Of a stretch of DNA of 64,000 bases, positions 1-13,402 are shown in pieces. Each line of letters opens with the position of its first letter. Position 1 is the first letter of the stretch. Source of the stretch: Octopus vulgaris (taxonomy: Eukaryota); contig OX597821.1 in assembly GCA_951406725.2 (NCBI GenBank), positions 32,736,001 through 32,800,000 of the forward strand. Direction: 5' to 3'. A program made the translations under genes and the position numbers. The notes beneath the pieces were generated by a model that saw only the letters and a program-made list of their open reading frames with translations, had not been told where the DNA came from and ran no database searches.

Positions 1-27
<27 letters not shown>

Positions 28-33
<6 letters not shown>

Positions 34-480
34 CAGATAATGAAAAACCGAAACATAGTAATACTTTATGAATTAAACATGATTTAACATAATGCAGAGT
101 AGTTATAGTAAATACGTAAAGTTGCTTACAGCTGTTTCAAGAATAGCTAACCATGTAGATCATATGTTATTGAGTAAAGATTTCCACATAAGCTAACTCT
201 GCCATCATTTGCGAGAGAGAATTAAAAGATGCCCTATTTCAAGGGTATAAGTAGTTACTAATACGTCGATGAAGTACAGAGTCTCCAAAATAAAAGATAA
301 GAGTGGTTGGAGTTTCTGTGCTCAAAGCATTAACGAAATCCTCAATAAAAGATAATATCCGTTTGTAGGTCCATTTTTGAAATCTGAAGTAAAATCCATG
401 GAAAAACATAATAGAAGTTACTAGTTCCATTTTCCCTCCCTATGTTACGAAATATAAAGAAAGTACTTGTCCTACAAAAT
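28..480 (-). mobile_element. Degenerate PLE terminal-repeat-like fragment with a decayed hammerhead, abutting (TA)n
   Basis: Minus strand 212->124 reads ATGATGG (CTGATGA-like) - CAGAGTTAGCT...AGCTATTCTT stem - GAAA - CAGCTG palindrome - TA. It starts directly after the (TA)n run at 1-26. The right boundary is approximate. Confidence 0.4.
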
Positions 481-1094
481 AGTTTACTATTTATGCGGGG
501 ATGAAAGACAGAGGTGGGAGGCGGTTGAATGTAAGCATATTGGATAAAATATATGAACTTATGAATAACACTTTACCTTTTCCTTTGCAATCAAAGCCAC
601 AAATAGTTAAAGAACATATATTCCTGCCGCTGTCGATGTTAACGTTACATATGCAATTCATTCTTCGCCTGTTTTTCAATAATCTACGGGAAATATATTT
701 GCTCAGCTGAAAATGCTTATCATTCTTTTGGCCTTCTCATTATTGCAGTTAGTTCTTCAAAGTGGATGTTATTTCTTCGCTTACTATTTTTCATGTGGTT
801 ATTTAATGGTCAGCTAAGTATTGTAACTTTGATTTTGGCGAGTATATGTTGCATTAAATTTTTCTCAATAAACAAAGTACTTTGTCCTGAAAAACACAAA
901 TATGTAACATATATATTTTAATGCACGAATAACATTTCTTACTTTCTACATGACAATCACTTTACGCTACTTTTACCTTTCTGCATATAATAAAAACACA
1001 TTTATTTTGTCATCAGGTCCTTAGCTAAATTGAATACACCGAGATATTCTCGTTGCATCTGCGAGAAATTTGTCGCTAGGACTAACATATATGC

Positions 1095-1132
<38 letters not shown>

Positions 1133-1135
<3 letters not shown>

Positions 1136-1510
1136 ATGTGTTCCAATATTAAGGCAACCAACTTATTTCAATTTTGCCAAAGCAAAATATTGTTATGTTT
1201 CGGGTCTCAGCGTTGCAACGCGATGGTAGACACAATTAGGACACAAACACATCTATTCGAAATGATCACGTCAGTTTCGTATCACAGCCTGAAGTCTACG
1301 TGCGAATGCTTCACACACGGCATGCAGCTGTTCTTGAGAAATCGATGTCCATTCCTGGTGCAGTTTTGCGTTTAGAGCGAATTATGAGGAGAGAATTATG
1401 AGTGCTCCAGGCCCTCGTCTCCAAAATAGACCGAACATAAAAATCCAACAGGTTGAAATCGGGACTTCTTGAGGGTCATACATCCTTGCCTATGAACGAC
1501 GGAATGTTTT
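1133..1510 (-). mobile_element. Tc1/mariner-superfamily transposase C-terminal relic with right end
   Basis: Minus translation gives V*PSRSPDFNLLDFYVRSILETRA, matching the WPxxSPDLNPLDF motif around the third catalytic residue. It has stops and frameshifts. Confidence 0.7.
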
Positions 1511-1889
1511 TTTTTTCTGAATATAGTGTTGTGTCTGTTTGGAGCTGCGGGAATGCGTTTAATATGTAAATTGGTATATCCGATAACTTAACACCGCTGT
1601 ATGCGGTGGCTATATAAGCAATGTGTTCAGAGGCAAGAATGGATTTGATGGATGCTGATGAAGGGGAAAATGTCCCGAAATATGGCATATACACTCATTA
1701 CCCATTTTTCTTCGATGTCATTGTTTGTTTACGTCTGACGTTTCGATACGAAGCGTTGTAGTAAAAATCAGTGCTGGCTATAATTTCTATCGAATATCTT
1801 TAGAAATAACCTTAAAATAAGGAAAATGGAATATACGAGAAACTGTTTTTCTCACAACGGTTAACTACTAGGAACTTACCCAATACTTA

Positions 1890-1962
1890 AAACAGTAATC
1901 CTTTGATTATCACGGGTGTTACATTCCAAAACAACCCGCGATAGATGAAAATCCGCGAAGCC
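1890..1962. mobile_element. One end of the pogo/Tigger-type MITE family seen complete at 12008-12247
   Basis: CAGTAATCCTTTGATTATCACGGGTGTTACATTCC...GCGATAGATGAAAATCC is the reverse complement of the right end of the 12008-12247 element. Confidence 0.65.
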
Positions 1963-2304
1963 TTACACCAACTGCAGTGGAAAGTGCCGTCTTTGGGATA
2001 TGGAAAGATGGCTCATCTGGAAAAGCAGCTTCGGCTCCGCTACATGTCTAAATTCAAGAACTGAACTTTTTGGCTCATGTCCATATATGGCTAAATAATT
2101 GTTACGTTTTTGGTCCCCTACAAGATCACAGATAGAACCTGCTTTTATATTGTGTCCACGTACAAGCATTTTATCTCTCTACATTTTTATGTATATTTTT
2201 TTCTACATATTTTTACACATTTATACATATATTTTTATATTTCTATTGTTTTATATATTTTTACATATTTTTTCTGTATTTTAATTTTCACTCTGTATTT
2301 CTCT

Positions 2305-2660
2305 TGTACATGTCCATATATAGACGTGTTTTTGTGCGCATATGGGTATATATACGTGTGTGTGTGTGTGCATGTATATATGTACATGTATATGTACATG
2401 TGTGTGGTTGCATATACATGTGGGTGTACATGCATGTGTTTCACGCGAGTGCGAGTGAGCATATGCATATATAGCATGAGCGTATTTTAGACGTGTATTT
2501 GAATATAATTGTGCGCGTATAGGTATGTGCACATGCGTGTGCGTGCGTGCTTGTATGCGGATATGTATATGTGTACATGCATCTTTGCATATATATAGGC
2601 GCATGTGTGAGTGTGCATGTATGTGTTTCACGCGTGTGTGAGTGAGCATATGCATATAGA
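2305..2660. repeat. Degenerate tandem duplication (about 185 bp unit) of GT/AT-rich sequence
   Basis: TGTGTTTCACGCG(A/T)GTG(C/T)GAGTGAGCATATGCATATA occurs at about 2435 and 2622. TAGACGTG...TGTGCGC occurs at about 2321 and 2488. Confidence 0.6.
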
Positions 2661-2833
2661 CACACGATTTCCATGAGCATTTTTGCTTTTTCCCTTTTTT
2701 ACTGTCTCCCCTTCGGTTTGAACCACATATTTAACGGTCATTCTAATAGATCTTTTGCCTAAATAATGGTCAACTACATAGTAATTTCCCTTTGTTTAAC
2801 GATCATTGTCATAGGTATGTATATATATATATT

Positions 2834-3028
2834 CTTTTATTCTCAGTCATTTGACTGCGACCATGCTGAAGCACCGCCTTTAGTCGAACAAATCGACGCC
2901 AGGACTTATTCGCTGTAAGCCTGGTACTTCTTTATCGGGGTCTTTTGCCGAATCACTAAGTTATGGGGACGTAAACACACCAACCTCGGTTGTCATGCAA
3001 CGGTGGAGGCACAAACACAAACACACAA

Positions 3029-3065
<37 letters not shown>

Positions 3066-3182
3066 CATACACGAGTGGCTTCATTCAGTTTCCGTCTACC
3101 AAATCCACACACAAGGCTTTGGTCGGACCGAGGTTATAGTAGAAGATACTTGCCAAAATTGTCACGCACTGGGACTGAACCT
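2834..3182 (-). mobile_element. tRNA-derived SINE with an internal microsatellite (same family as 26726-27215), 5' truncated
   Basis: Minus strand has a GGTTCAGTCCCA B-box, then TGACAATTTTGGCAAGTATC (CORE-like), and a tail CAGCATGGTCGCAGTCAAATGACTGAGAATAAAAG shared with 26726-27215. Confidence 0.75.
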
Positions 3183-3197
3183 GCGCCTATATGTATG

Positions 3198-3255
<58 letters not shown>

Positions 3256-3365
3256 CATATAATTCACTGAAATATTTAGTTCTTAAGGGCTGGTGTACGC
3301 ATTGAACCTTACTTCATCGTATATTCCTACGTTGGTGTGTGCATGTGAGTTTTTGAATAGTACGT

Positions 3366-3427
<62 letters not shown>

Positions 3428-3616
3428 TGAGAGAGAGTGTAATTAAAATAGTAGAATGATGCATTATCACAGCTGGGATAAAAGGGATGGCCAGAATTTA
3501 TAAGTCATATGGTGGATAGTAGATGTTAGTAATTCAACTTTTGCTGCGTCATTAAGTTTCCACCTTCGCTCTCTCTCTCTCTCGCCCTCTTTCCCATCAA
3601 CCAATAATTCAATATA

Positions 3617-4322
<706 letters not shown>

Positions 4323-4826
4323 CACGCCAATATGTTTTTGTTAAAAGATTTTAATTTATGCAGTCTCTCTGAATACAAGACTGAAAATTGTTTCAAGTAA
4401 TTTAGCTTTAAGTTGCTAAGTACATCCAAATGATCAGAGAGAGGGAGGGAGACAGTGTGTGAGTGAGAGAGAGAGAGACAGAGGGCGGGGAGGTGTGTTT
4501 AATCCTCTTAAGTGTTAATCAGAAATGGGTCGATCTTTGAACTCTTGCATCTGAGGATTTTGTAATTGCATTCCTTCAAAGACTTAATTTCAGATGAATG
4601 AACATTGAAGAATTACAGTTAATGATTCGCTTCTAAAGCATTGAAGAATGAGAGCTTCAGTGAAAAATGTTAATATTTGTACTGTTCTAGCGCTGCGAAT
4701 GAAGATGTTCGAATAGATACATTTATGAAATGATCCCGACTAGTTCTTACCTTATACTAAAGCCCACATCTCCAGCTGCTGTGTCAACTCCTTCCTTAGA
4801 ATTTATCATATATATACTTATAGATA

Positions 4827-4969
4827 AAATATGAATTAGAGATAAAACCACTATTAGGCAACTCACTAGTATAAATATATATTTTATATATTTATACTCT
4901 GAAATTTGATTTAATACTAAATCTAATTTTTGCCTGTAAGTTTGGAGCTATACTCCCTAATATTATTAT
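4827..4969 (+). mobile_element. Short insertion with an internal inversion and a 14-bp TSD (same family as 8375-8622)
   Basis: TATACTTATAGATA occurs at 4813-4826 and 4970-4983. AATTAGAGATAAAACCACTATTAGGCAA matches 8465-8492 directly, while about 4900-4965 matches 8378-8445 in reverse. Confidence 0.7.
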
Positions 4970-5309
4970 TATACTTATAGATATAAATCTGTTGAAAATT
5001 GAAAATGTATGGGTAAAAATATTACAAAGCATTTATATATTATATACTGTATATATTTACGCTTGCATATATAAATATAAGTTTGTGTGGAAAGAAGTTG
5101 TTCTTTCCCAGGGATAAATTTTATCCAAGCGTACACCAGTTTAGCTCTATATCGATTAATGATATTGGAAGTTCCATATGTGTATATGTCCTACCGTTTA
5201 TCATTGGTTCTTCTTCCAAATTAGTGCCTTATAATTCTGAAATTCCAATTGTCTCTAAAGTGGTTTCCATTATTTTCACTATAGGAGAAAAAATTTTAAC
5301 AATATAAAT

Positions 5310-5863
5310 AAAAATGGAGATTACATACGATAAGCAATTTAATTATTTATTAATCATCATAATCAATTCATATTGCCTACACGACGTTTCAGTTTATTTA
5401 ATTATATCAAGGCAAAATTAATAGAGGTCACAAAAGTGACTGAGAGTACTGCCTAGCACCGCCTATGCTAAAATAAGCGTTAGATTAATTTTAAAAACAG
5501 TTAAGCACTATACTTAATGACTGACAAAGGGAGGTAGGTCCCTAGCGTTTATAGACGTATCGTGATTTTGCATTTAGGCTAATAAGCCACCCTTTTAATT
5601 TGTTGTTTACACTTTTTACTGTTTTCAAAATCAGCAAATGTTTTCAACGGTTTTTCTCAGGAAGTTGTTTTTAACCCTAGCCGTTAAAGAGCCGCTGATG
5701 AGAATTAGAATGATGTACAACAAAATTCGAAATCGCGATACGGCTATATACGCTAGCAACTTACCTCCTTTTGTCAGTCATTAGGTACAGTTAATTTAAT
5801 TATTATTGTAGCATAAGAGGTGCTAGTCAGTACCATCCGTCGTTTTTCTGACCTCTATTAATT
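5310..5863. mobile_element. Diverged PLE-terminus foldback (arms about 5416-5574 and 5724-5863)
   Basis: Inverted matches include AATTAATAGAGGTCA/TGACCTCTATTAATT, AATGACTGACAAA/TTTGTCAGTCATT and CTAGCGTTTATAGACGTATCGTGATT/AATCGCGATACGGCTATATACGCTAG. It contains a hammerhead motif. Confidence 0.75.
5690..5745 (+). ncRNA. Type I hammerhead ribozyme motif, intact core
   Basis: AGCCG - CTGATGA - GAATT(17 nt loop)AATTC - GAAA - TCGCGA - TA - CGGCT. Stem I is 5 bp, stem II is 5 bp, and stem III is palindromic. Confidence 0.85.
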
Positions 5864-5981
5864 ATGATACACACACACACACACATACATACATATATAT
5901 ATATACATATATATATGTATATGTATGTATGTGCGTGTGTGTGTTTGTGTGTGTATGTATGTGTGTGTGTGTGTGCGTGTG

Positions 5982-6020
<39 letters not shown>

Positions 6021-6282
6021 CTTTCAGTCCGTTCCTGAAACGAAAAGGTGTTATATTTATTCTACATATAATTTGCGGGTAGTAATGATTTACACTCATT
6101 TATGCCGTACCCTTCCTAAAGCTTTCCGGGAAAGCATTGATGCTTCCAGAAGAGACATTCCGACCCACAGAGACATGCGACATGCGACATGCAACTAATG
6201 ATATCAATCTGAGGGTAATAATCCTTTGTACTAAGACCCGGAATTTGGAGAGGGGGTTAGTCGTTGACATCGAGCCCAGGAT

Positions 6283-6512
6283 GGCGAGCTGGCAGAAACG
6301 TTAGCACGCCGGGCGAAATGCTTAGCGGTATTTCGTCTGCGTTACGTTGTGAGTTCAAATTCCGCCGAGGTCGACTTTACCTTTCATCCTTTCGGGGTCG
6401 ATAAATCAAGTACCAGTTACGCACTGGGGTCGATGTAATCTACTTAATACCTATGTCTGTCCTTGTTTGTCCCCTCTGTGTTTAGCCCCTTGTGGGTAAT
6501 AAAGAAATAGGT
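6283..6512 (+). mobile_element. Abundant tRNA-related SINE (family A), nested in an antisense degenerate relative (about 6230-6625)
   Basis: GGCGAGCTGGCAGAAACGTTAG...GAGTTCAAATTCCGCCGAGGTCGACTTT...CATCCTTTCGGGGTCGATAAA...AATAAAGAAATAG. Near-identical copies lie at 21929, 42604, 54358 and 56500. Confidence 0.88.
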
Positions 6513-7117
6513 ACTTATTTGTCGACTTCGAAAGAATAAAAGTTGAAGTCTACATAGACACAAACGAAATGCCGCTAAACATTATGTACAGCGTGCTTAC
6601 AGTTTTCTCAGGTCGCTGCCTTTTCCTGAGGTAATTAATAATAGGATTTACAGAGCACAGCTATGTCACGTTGATGCCTAATGGCTTTAAACGAAATGTG
6701 ATCCTGTGTTGAGGGTCATCGTTATAAAGTTGAACTGACAATCTAGTGCGATTGTGTAAATCTGATATTGTCTGGTCCAGATTTTACACAGATTTTATAC
6801 AATGTCATACCCATCAACTAAACAATATGAATGGTTATATCACGGACGAATTAAGAAGGGATTTAAAAGGAACCTTTAACATAATCATCGTGCTCATCTG
6901 AAGGAGAATTTGGGATTATAGTTTGAAAATAGCTAAAAACAAGAATTCAAATGCAATAAAATAAGTGTCCATTAGTAATATTGTCAACAGCATTCAATGG
7001 AGAGTGGTGAAACTATTACACACAAAATATCTGTAGAATTTATGAGGTGTTTATGTGAAAAGTGTTTAAAAGCTAGAATATACAACAATTATATATCATT
7101 ACAACAAAATAATAATA

Positions 7118-7168
<51 letters not shown>

Positions 7169-7305
7169 GTTAATATTATTATTATTATTGTTAATATTAT
7201 TATTATTATTGTTATTATTATTATTGTTATTATTATTATTTTTATTATTATTATTATTATTGTTAATATTATTGTTATTATTATTATTATTATTATTGTT
7301 GTTAA

Positions 7306-7375
<70 letters not shown>

Positions 7376-7408
7376 GTTAATATTATTATTATTATTATTA
7401 TTATTATT
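7118..7408. repeat. (TTA)n microsatellite
   Basis: Seen directly. Confidence 0.97.
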
Positions 7409-7785
7409 AGCGAAGGCGGAGGTATTGTTTACAATAGTATTTACTTGTCTGTCTGTTTGTCCGTGGACGAGTTATCTAAAGAACCGATGGATGGATTCGG
7501 ATGAAAATTCCAGGGACATTTGGCAGTGTGCCTGGCACGAACTGATTAGATTGTAGGATCGATCCGGTACCGGACAAGGATTCGGGATTATTTCTCCGTT
7601 TTTTTTGTTTTTGTTTTTATTTACTTAATGTTTGAGAGCGGTCGACTTCATTTTTAGTATTCTCTTTTATGAGAACAGTCAAGTTTATTATAGATATTCT
7701 CATTTTAAAAATCATCTCCGGTTAATCGTTGAGAGGACGTTGGTGTTGCCTTGACGAGGGTTTGTGCTCTCTGAGTGCTCTTGTT
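7409..7785 (+). mobile_element. Helentron/HINE-like non-autonomous element
   Basis: 5' AAGGCGGAGGTATTGTT, a GTCTGTCTGTTTGTCC tract and GAACCGATGGATGGATT, then 3' CCTTGACGAGGGTTTG followed by the GTGCTCTCTGAGTGC stem-loop and CTTGTT. This layout is recalled for DINE/HINE-type elements. Confidence 0.6.
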
Positions 7786-8061
7786 ATCATAGCTATTTTC
7801 ATTATTATTATTTACTTTTAATCTGCATGCTTGTTGCAATTACTTGGCGAGAAACACCCAACGTCCTAGGGCGAGTGAAGGATAAGAGATGTTACAGTAT
7901 GACTGAAAGCTTGGGGAGGGGAAGAGGCAGGGACAGTAGCGAAATATCTTCATGTAATACAACACAGACATTTAAATTGATAGGGTTTTTCTAAGGATGT
8001 GGGCAGTACTTGTCAGCACAATCTTTTAGTTTTCTCTGAGAGATGGTTCTCCTGAGAACTT

Positions 8062-8192
8062 ATTTAAATATTTCCGATATCCTTTTTTATCATACCTAGG
8101 GCTTCTACAATAAGAGGTACAGTTTTCGCTTTAAGATGCCGCATCTTTTGTATTTCAATTTCCAGAACACTTACACCTATTAGTCTACAAGT
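8062..8192 (-). mobile_element. Old R4/Dong-like 3' coding relic next to (TAA)n
   Basis: LEIEIQKMRHLKAKTVPLIVEALGMIKKD is homologous to LEIEVTRMWNLKTETIPIIVGALGMIKKY at 52186-52425. Confidence 0.7.
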
Positions 8193-8199
8193 ATCATCA

Positions 8200-8255
<56 letters not shown>

Positions 8256-8374
8256 TACATACGTATGCATATATATATACATATACATATATATATATAT
8301 ACACATATATACATTTATATATATAAATATATACATACATACACACACACATATATATATATATATATACATAT

Positions 8375-8622
8375 AATAAAAATTAGGGAATAAATCCAAA
8401 CTTACAGGGAAAAATCAGATTTAGGATTGAATCCAATTTTATAGTAAAATATTATATTATATTAAATTAGAGACAAAACCACTATTATGCAAATCAAACA
8501 AAGAAAGACTTAAGCCAATACATAAATTAATTTATATTATAATAATATAAATTAATTTATGTATTGGCTTAAGTCTTTCTTTGTTTGATTTGCATAATAG
8601 TGGTTTTGTCTCTAATTTAATA
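8375..8622 (-). mobile_element. Asymmetric foldback insertion in (TA)n: perfect palindrome 8460-8622 (centre 8541) plus an unpaired extension of about 85 bp
   Basis: ATTAAATTAGAGACAAAACC...TTATATTAT-A-ATAATATAA...GGTTTTGTCTCTAATTTAAT, flanked by (TA)n on both sides. Confidence 0.9.
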
Positions 8623-8649
8623 TAATATATATACATATATATACATATG

Positions 8650-8717
<68 letters not shown>

Positions 8718-8940
8718 ACAGGAAAGATATAAGGCAGAATGCTAAATTGAAAGTAAATTTTAATAAAAAAGGGTGTATGGACAATTAAAAAAGAAAAAGA
8801 TAATAGATCAAACCGGTTTTCATGGTAAAGCAAATTTTCAAGATTTGGAAGGGGAAAAGAATTTTTTTTTAAATTGAGGAAAGGAAAAAAGAAATTTACA
8901 ATGCTTTTTTCAAAAAAATAATAATACATATATACAAAAG

Positions 8941-8978
<38 letters not shown>

Positions 8979-9334
8979 CCGATTTTTATGAGACCCAGTG
9001 CTCGTCTTAATAAAGAAAAAAAACTCACTTTAGATCATTTTGTACCGGATAACTTAAAGACGGCGAATAGTAACAGTTGAAGTTACATCGATAGCTAGAT
9101 TTCTCTATGATCATGGATCTTGATGTAACGTGTGGTGCTGATGGTGATGGTGATCTTGGTGATGGTGGACACGGTGATAGTGATGATCGTGGTGATTGTG
9201 GTGATCGTGGTGGTCGCGGTGATCGTTGAGCTGATGTTGATAATGATTGTGTTGGTAGCAGTCTCTCAGCCAAATGAAGGAAACCCTCTTTTCTATTAGT
9301 TTTCCAGTTGCTTATATTCTCCGCGTAAGGCTGA

Positions 9335-9485
9335 GAATAACACAACACATTCCGCCTGGCTATCTGATAATTTGGTCACTCCACCACCCTGGACGGGTGC
9401 TAATATTATTGACCTGAAAGGATGAACGGTAAAATTGACCTCCACAGAATTTGAACTTTGCGTCGAAAGAAATACGCGAGGCATT
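9335..9485 (-). mobile_element. Degenerate family A SINE fragment
   Basis: TTGACCTGAAAGGATGAACGGTAAAATTGACCTCCACAGAATTTGAACT matches the minus copies at 54465-54515. Confidence 0.6.
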
Positions 9486-9726
9486 CTCTTTAATATTCTA
9501 ATGATTCCAAACAGCGATAACCTGCAGGTTTTAGATTTTCAGACCCCGAGTTCAGTCCATTATACAGAATTCTTTGTTGTGCTTCCCGTCGCTGTTTGCC
9601 AGACTTTACGATATTATCTTTAATAAGCAGTCCGCTTCTAATTATATATTTCATACTATATTTAACAAAGCTCATATCGGTAAACAATCAGCATAAAACA
9701 ACAATTACAAGGAAAACGAAACGTTG

Positions 9727-9769
<43 letters not shown>

Positions 9770-9780
9770 CATTATTATTA

Positions 9781-9832
<52 letters not shown>

Positions 9833-9906
9833 CATCATTATTATTATCATTATTATTATTATCATTATTATTATGATTAGTATTATTATTATTATTATTA
9901 TTATTA
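9727..9906. repeat. (TAT)n microsatellite
   Basis: Seen directly. Confidence 0.97.
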
Positions 9907-10185
9907 GTATGTGGAAGTGGAAGACTTTTGCTGTTGGTTTGTTATACAATATCTTATAAATACGAGTTTGGCTGCATGCATCGATCCATTATATTATTGA
10001 TGGATATATATCGAGGTGAACAGCATGATTGAAGTGAAAAATTAGTATCTACGGAAATTACTAAAATAACTTAATGGAAACATTAATTTATGGAATGTTC
10101 GCCTAAATTCAACTATGGCTAATGCTTGCTTACCCTTACAAATAGATATAATTCAACATGTATATGTGCATGATTGTGCTATAAT

Positions 10186-10233
<48 letters not shown>

Positions 10234-10961
10234 TCATACACACACACACACACACATATATAAATATATATATATATATATTAAGTGAAAGAGAGAGAGA
10301 TGTATATAAACTGATCTATATGTATGTATGTATATGTTCATATATGGACGTGTAAAAATGTATAGCTGTCTCTGCATGCAGGTATGTACACCTATGCTTG
10401 CATGTAAATATTACAAACTGCCTTTGCATGTATGTGCGTGTGTACATAAGTAAAACACGTGTATATGATTAGATTCGTGTGTTTATGTCTGTTTATATGT
10501 GTGTGGGTGCGTGTGCGTGTGTTTGGTGTACGTATGCGTGTGTAGGGATGCGTGTGCGTGTGCGTGAGCGTTATACTATGTAAGCAAATATACCACCTTG
10601 TATCTAGTATATTTGCTTATATAGTATTACATAGAACCATGATTTTTAATATTCCTTGCGAAAGCTATAGTGATCCGCATTAAATGTATAGAAATTATAT
10701 ATTCACTATAATATGATGAAATGCATAATGAAACTTCTACATTCTCACAGATACACGTTCATACAGATATATTCATTTATGTATCCACACTAATATGCAG
10801 TATTGTTTAACCGCGTATACGCAAACGTGGACATATCTAAGTATTATGTATGTATGTGTGTGTATGTATGTATGTATGTATGTATGGATGGATGGATGGA
10901 TGGATGATATGCATATGTGCATGTATATATGGATGTATGTACTATGTATGTATATATATAT

Positions 10962-11141
<180 letters not shown>

Positions 11142-11407
11142 TCCTGTGTTCATATATGCATCTGTTTATATTTATGTATATTATATATCATACATAATAT
11201 ACATATGTATACATATAGATATTCCCTTCTTCTACCCTTTGCCGTTTTCTATCTCTCTCGTTGCTCACGCGTGACCATCTTCCATCTTTCTTTTCCTATG
11301 CGACGTTCTAAGGACTGGACGTCTTCTAACCCTCTCTTCAATCTTTTCTCTTTTCAACGAAAATATTTCTTCCAGCGTTCACTATTTTCCCCTCGTTTTA
11401 ATCCACT

Positions 11408-11770
11408 CTGAATGCTTTGCAACGTTTGTTTTTGAAATTAGTGGTTTTCTGATTGCATCTCTCCCGTGAAATCCGGCTTTGTGCAGCTCTTGGCGAGCAG
11501 TTTTTGTGGAAACAGGGTTCTCGAGGTGGTTATTAAGCTCTGCAGTAATCCTGGGAGCTGTACGTTTGCGATCCTTTCTAACAATTCGCGTAAGTGTATG
11601 ACGGTCCCTATCTGATAGTTTTGGTTTCTTCCGAGGTTTTGTTTCTCAAAGGCTGTCATTACTTTCGAGACAGTACTTCTTGGTACACCGAACATTTCGG
11701 CTGTTTTTGTTACGCTAGCGCCTGTCATACGAGCACCAACAATTTGACCTGTTTGAAAGTCCTGAAGAAA
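11408..11770 (-). mobile_element. Tc1-family transposase N-terminal (HTH) relic
   Basis: LQDFQTGQIVGARMTGASVTKTAEMFGVPRSTVSKVMTAFEK is a typical Tc1 paired-like HTH; frameshifted downstream. Confidence 0.8.
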
Positions 11771-12007
11771 AGCTTTAGGTAGCATTCACCAACTTAAAAA
11801 AGGAGGCCGTGGTTGAAGCCAATTGCAATTTTGTTGAACAAATTTACTCTTTAGCATTTCAAGATATTTTATGTAATTTTGGTAAATATATCTGTTAAAA
11901 TGAGACGTCAGTCTTATAAACACACACACACACACACACACGCACATATATATATATATATGAAATAGATGAATATATACCTACATTATTTGTGGATTGC
12001 TGGTGTA

Positions 12008-12247
12008 CAGTAATTTCTAACCATATCGCGGTTCACCTATCATGGTTCACCTATCACGGTTTGTTATTTAAGCTTATGTCGAATCATCTGGGGTGATGTT
12101 TTGCATTTATAATAAAATAAATATATACCAGTTATAAAAATAATATGAATATATATACATTACAGTACTGTTTCTACTCTTCTATGGATTTTCACCTATC
12201 ACGGGATGTTCTGGATCGTAACACTCGCGATAGTCGAGGGATTACTG
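12008..12247. mobile_element. pogo/Tigger-type MITE
   Basis: TA-CAGTAATTTCTAACCATATCGCG ... CGCGATAGTCGAGGGATTACTG-TA gives imperfect TIRs starting CAGT with a TA duplication. Confidence 0.8.
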
Positions 12248-12495
12248 TAGACCGGTCCGTGTTATCTCAGTTCGTGGTGATGTATGCGTTGTGTATCATT
12301 TATTTAATTTAAAATGTTGCAGGCAGAACCGATAATTATTAGGATTACTGGAGGAAATTATCTTAACGGAGATTTTTATGATGAAGATATCTGTGCGTGT
12401 GACTATGTATGAGCAGTGATTTTCAGACTTTCAAACGTCGCACAGCGACTGGAATGTATAAACAATGTGAAATTAAAATAATTATATGCACCAAC

Positions 12496-12568
<73 letters not shown>

Positions 12569-13361
12569 CATACATACATACATACATACATACATACATA
12601 CATTCATACTTACATACATAGTTAACATATTTCGGTTTATCTAGTTGTCCCTAAAAGTGGGTTTTACCCCAATATTTGGTCTTTTTCATTCAGATGAATC
12701 ATGCCACGTGCATAAATAGACCCCTCCCCATTATTCGACGATGAATTCGAACGATGAACGGCACGAAGACAGAAGCTTAAAATTGGCTGGCTTTTGCAAG
12801 CACGTTATTACCTATAAAGATAGCATCTCTGACTTGTATCTCTGAAACGAATAACTCCCTAGTACATCGCTAGGCGCTTCAGGCACATGAAGATTTACCA
12901 GCCCTTTCGGAGTAGTCAATAATTCAAATGTCTACTGGTCACTACTCCTTTCAGCTACCGCAATGGTTTTGCATGATTTCCCACGAATACACAAACACTA
13001 CCTAGATTTCTGCACTAAGTTCAATATCATGTACTTGTGTTCCTGTTGTTGAGAAGACTATGCACCCAAGTGAATGTCGCGATAACCGGTGAATGAACCC
13101 AAATGCAAAATTTCCAAAATCCAAAATCAAATGGACTAGACAAATTAAATATCACGTCCAACATAGTATGGAGTGTTTTTCTCTACTTTTTTAAAATGAA
13201 CGGATGTGTCTATGTGAGTGTGTATGCGCGTGTGCACGTATGTGTCTATGTGTGCGTATATGCATGTGTGAGTATATCACCCTCATTTATGAATATATAT
13301 AAATATATATATATATATATAATATGTACATATTATACATATATTATATATTATAATATGA

Positions 13362-13402
<41 letters not shown>

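Noticed and set aside
9025-9348. ORF with an SPR-rich segment (SPRPPRSPQSPRSS)
   Set aside because: It derives from a degenerate GGT/GAT trinucleotide repeat, with no domain or splice support.
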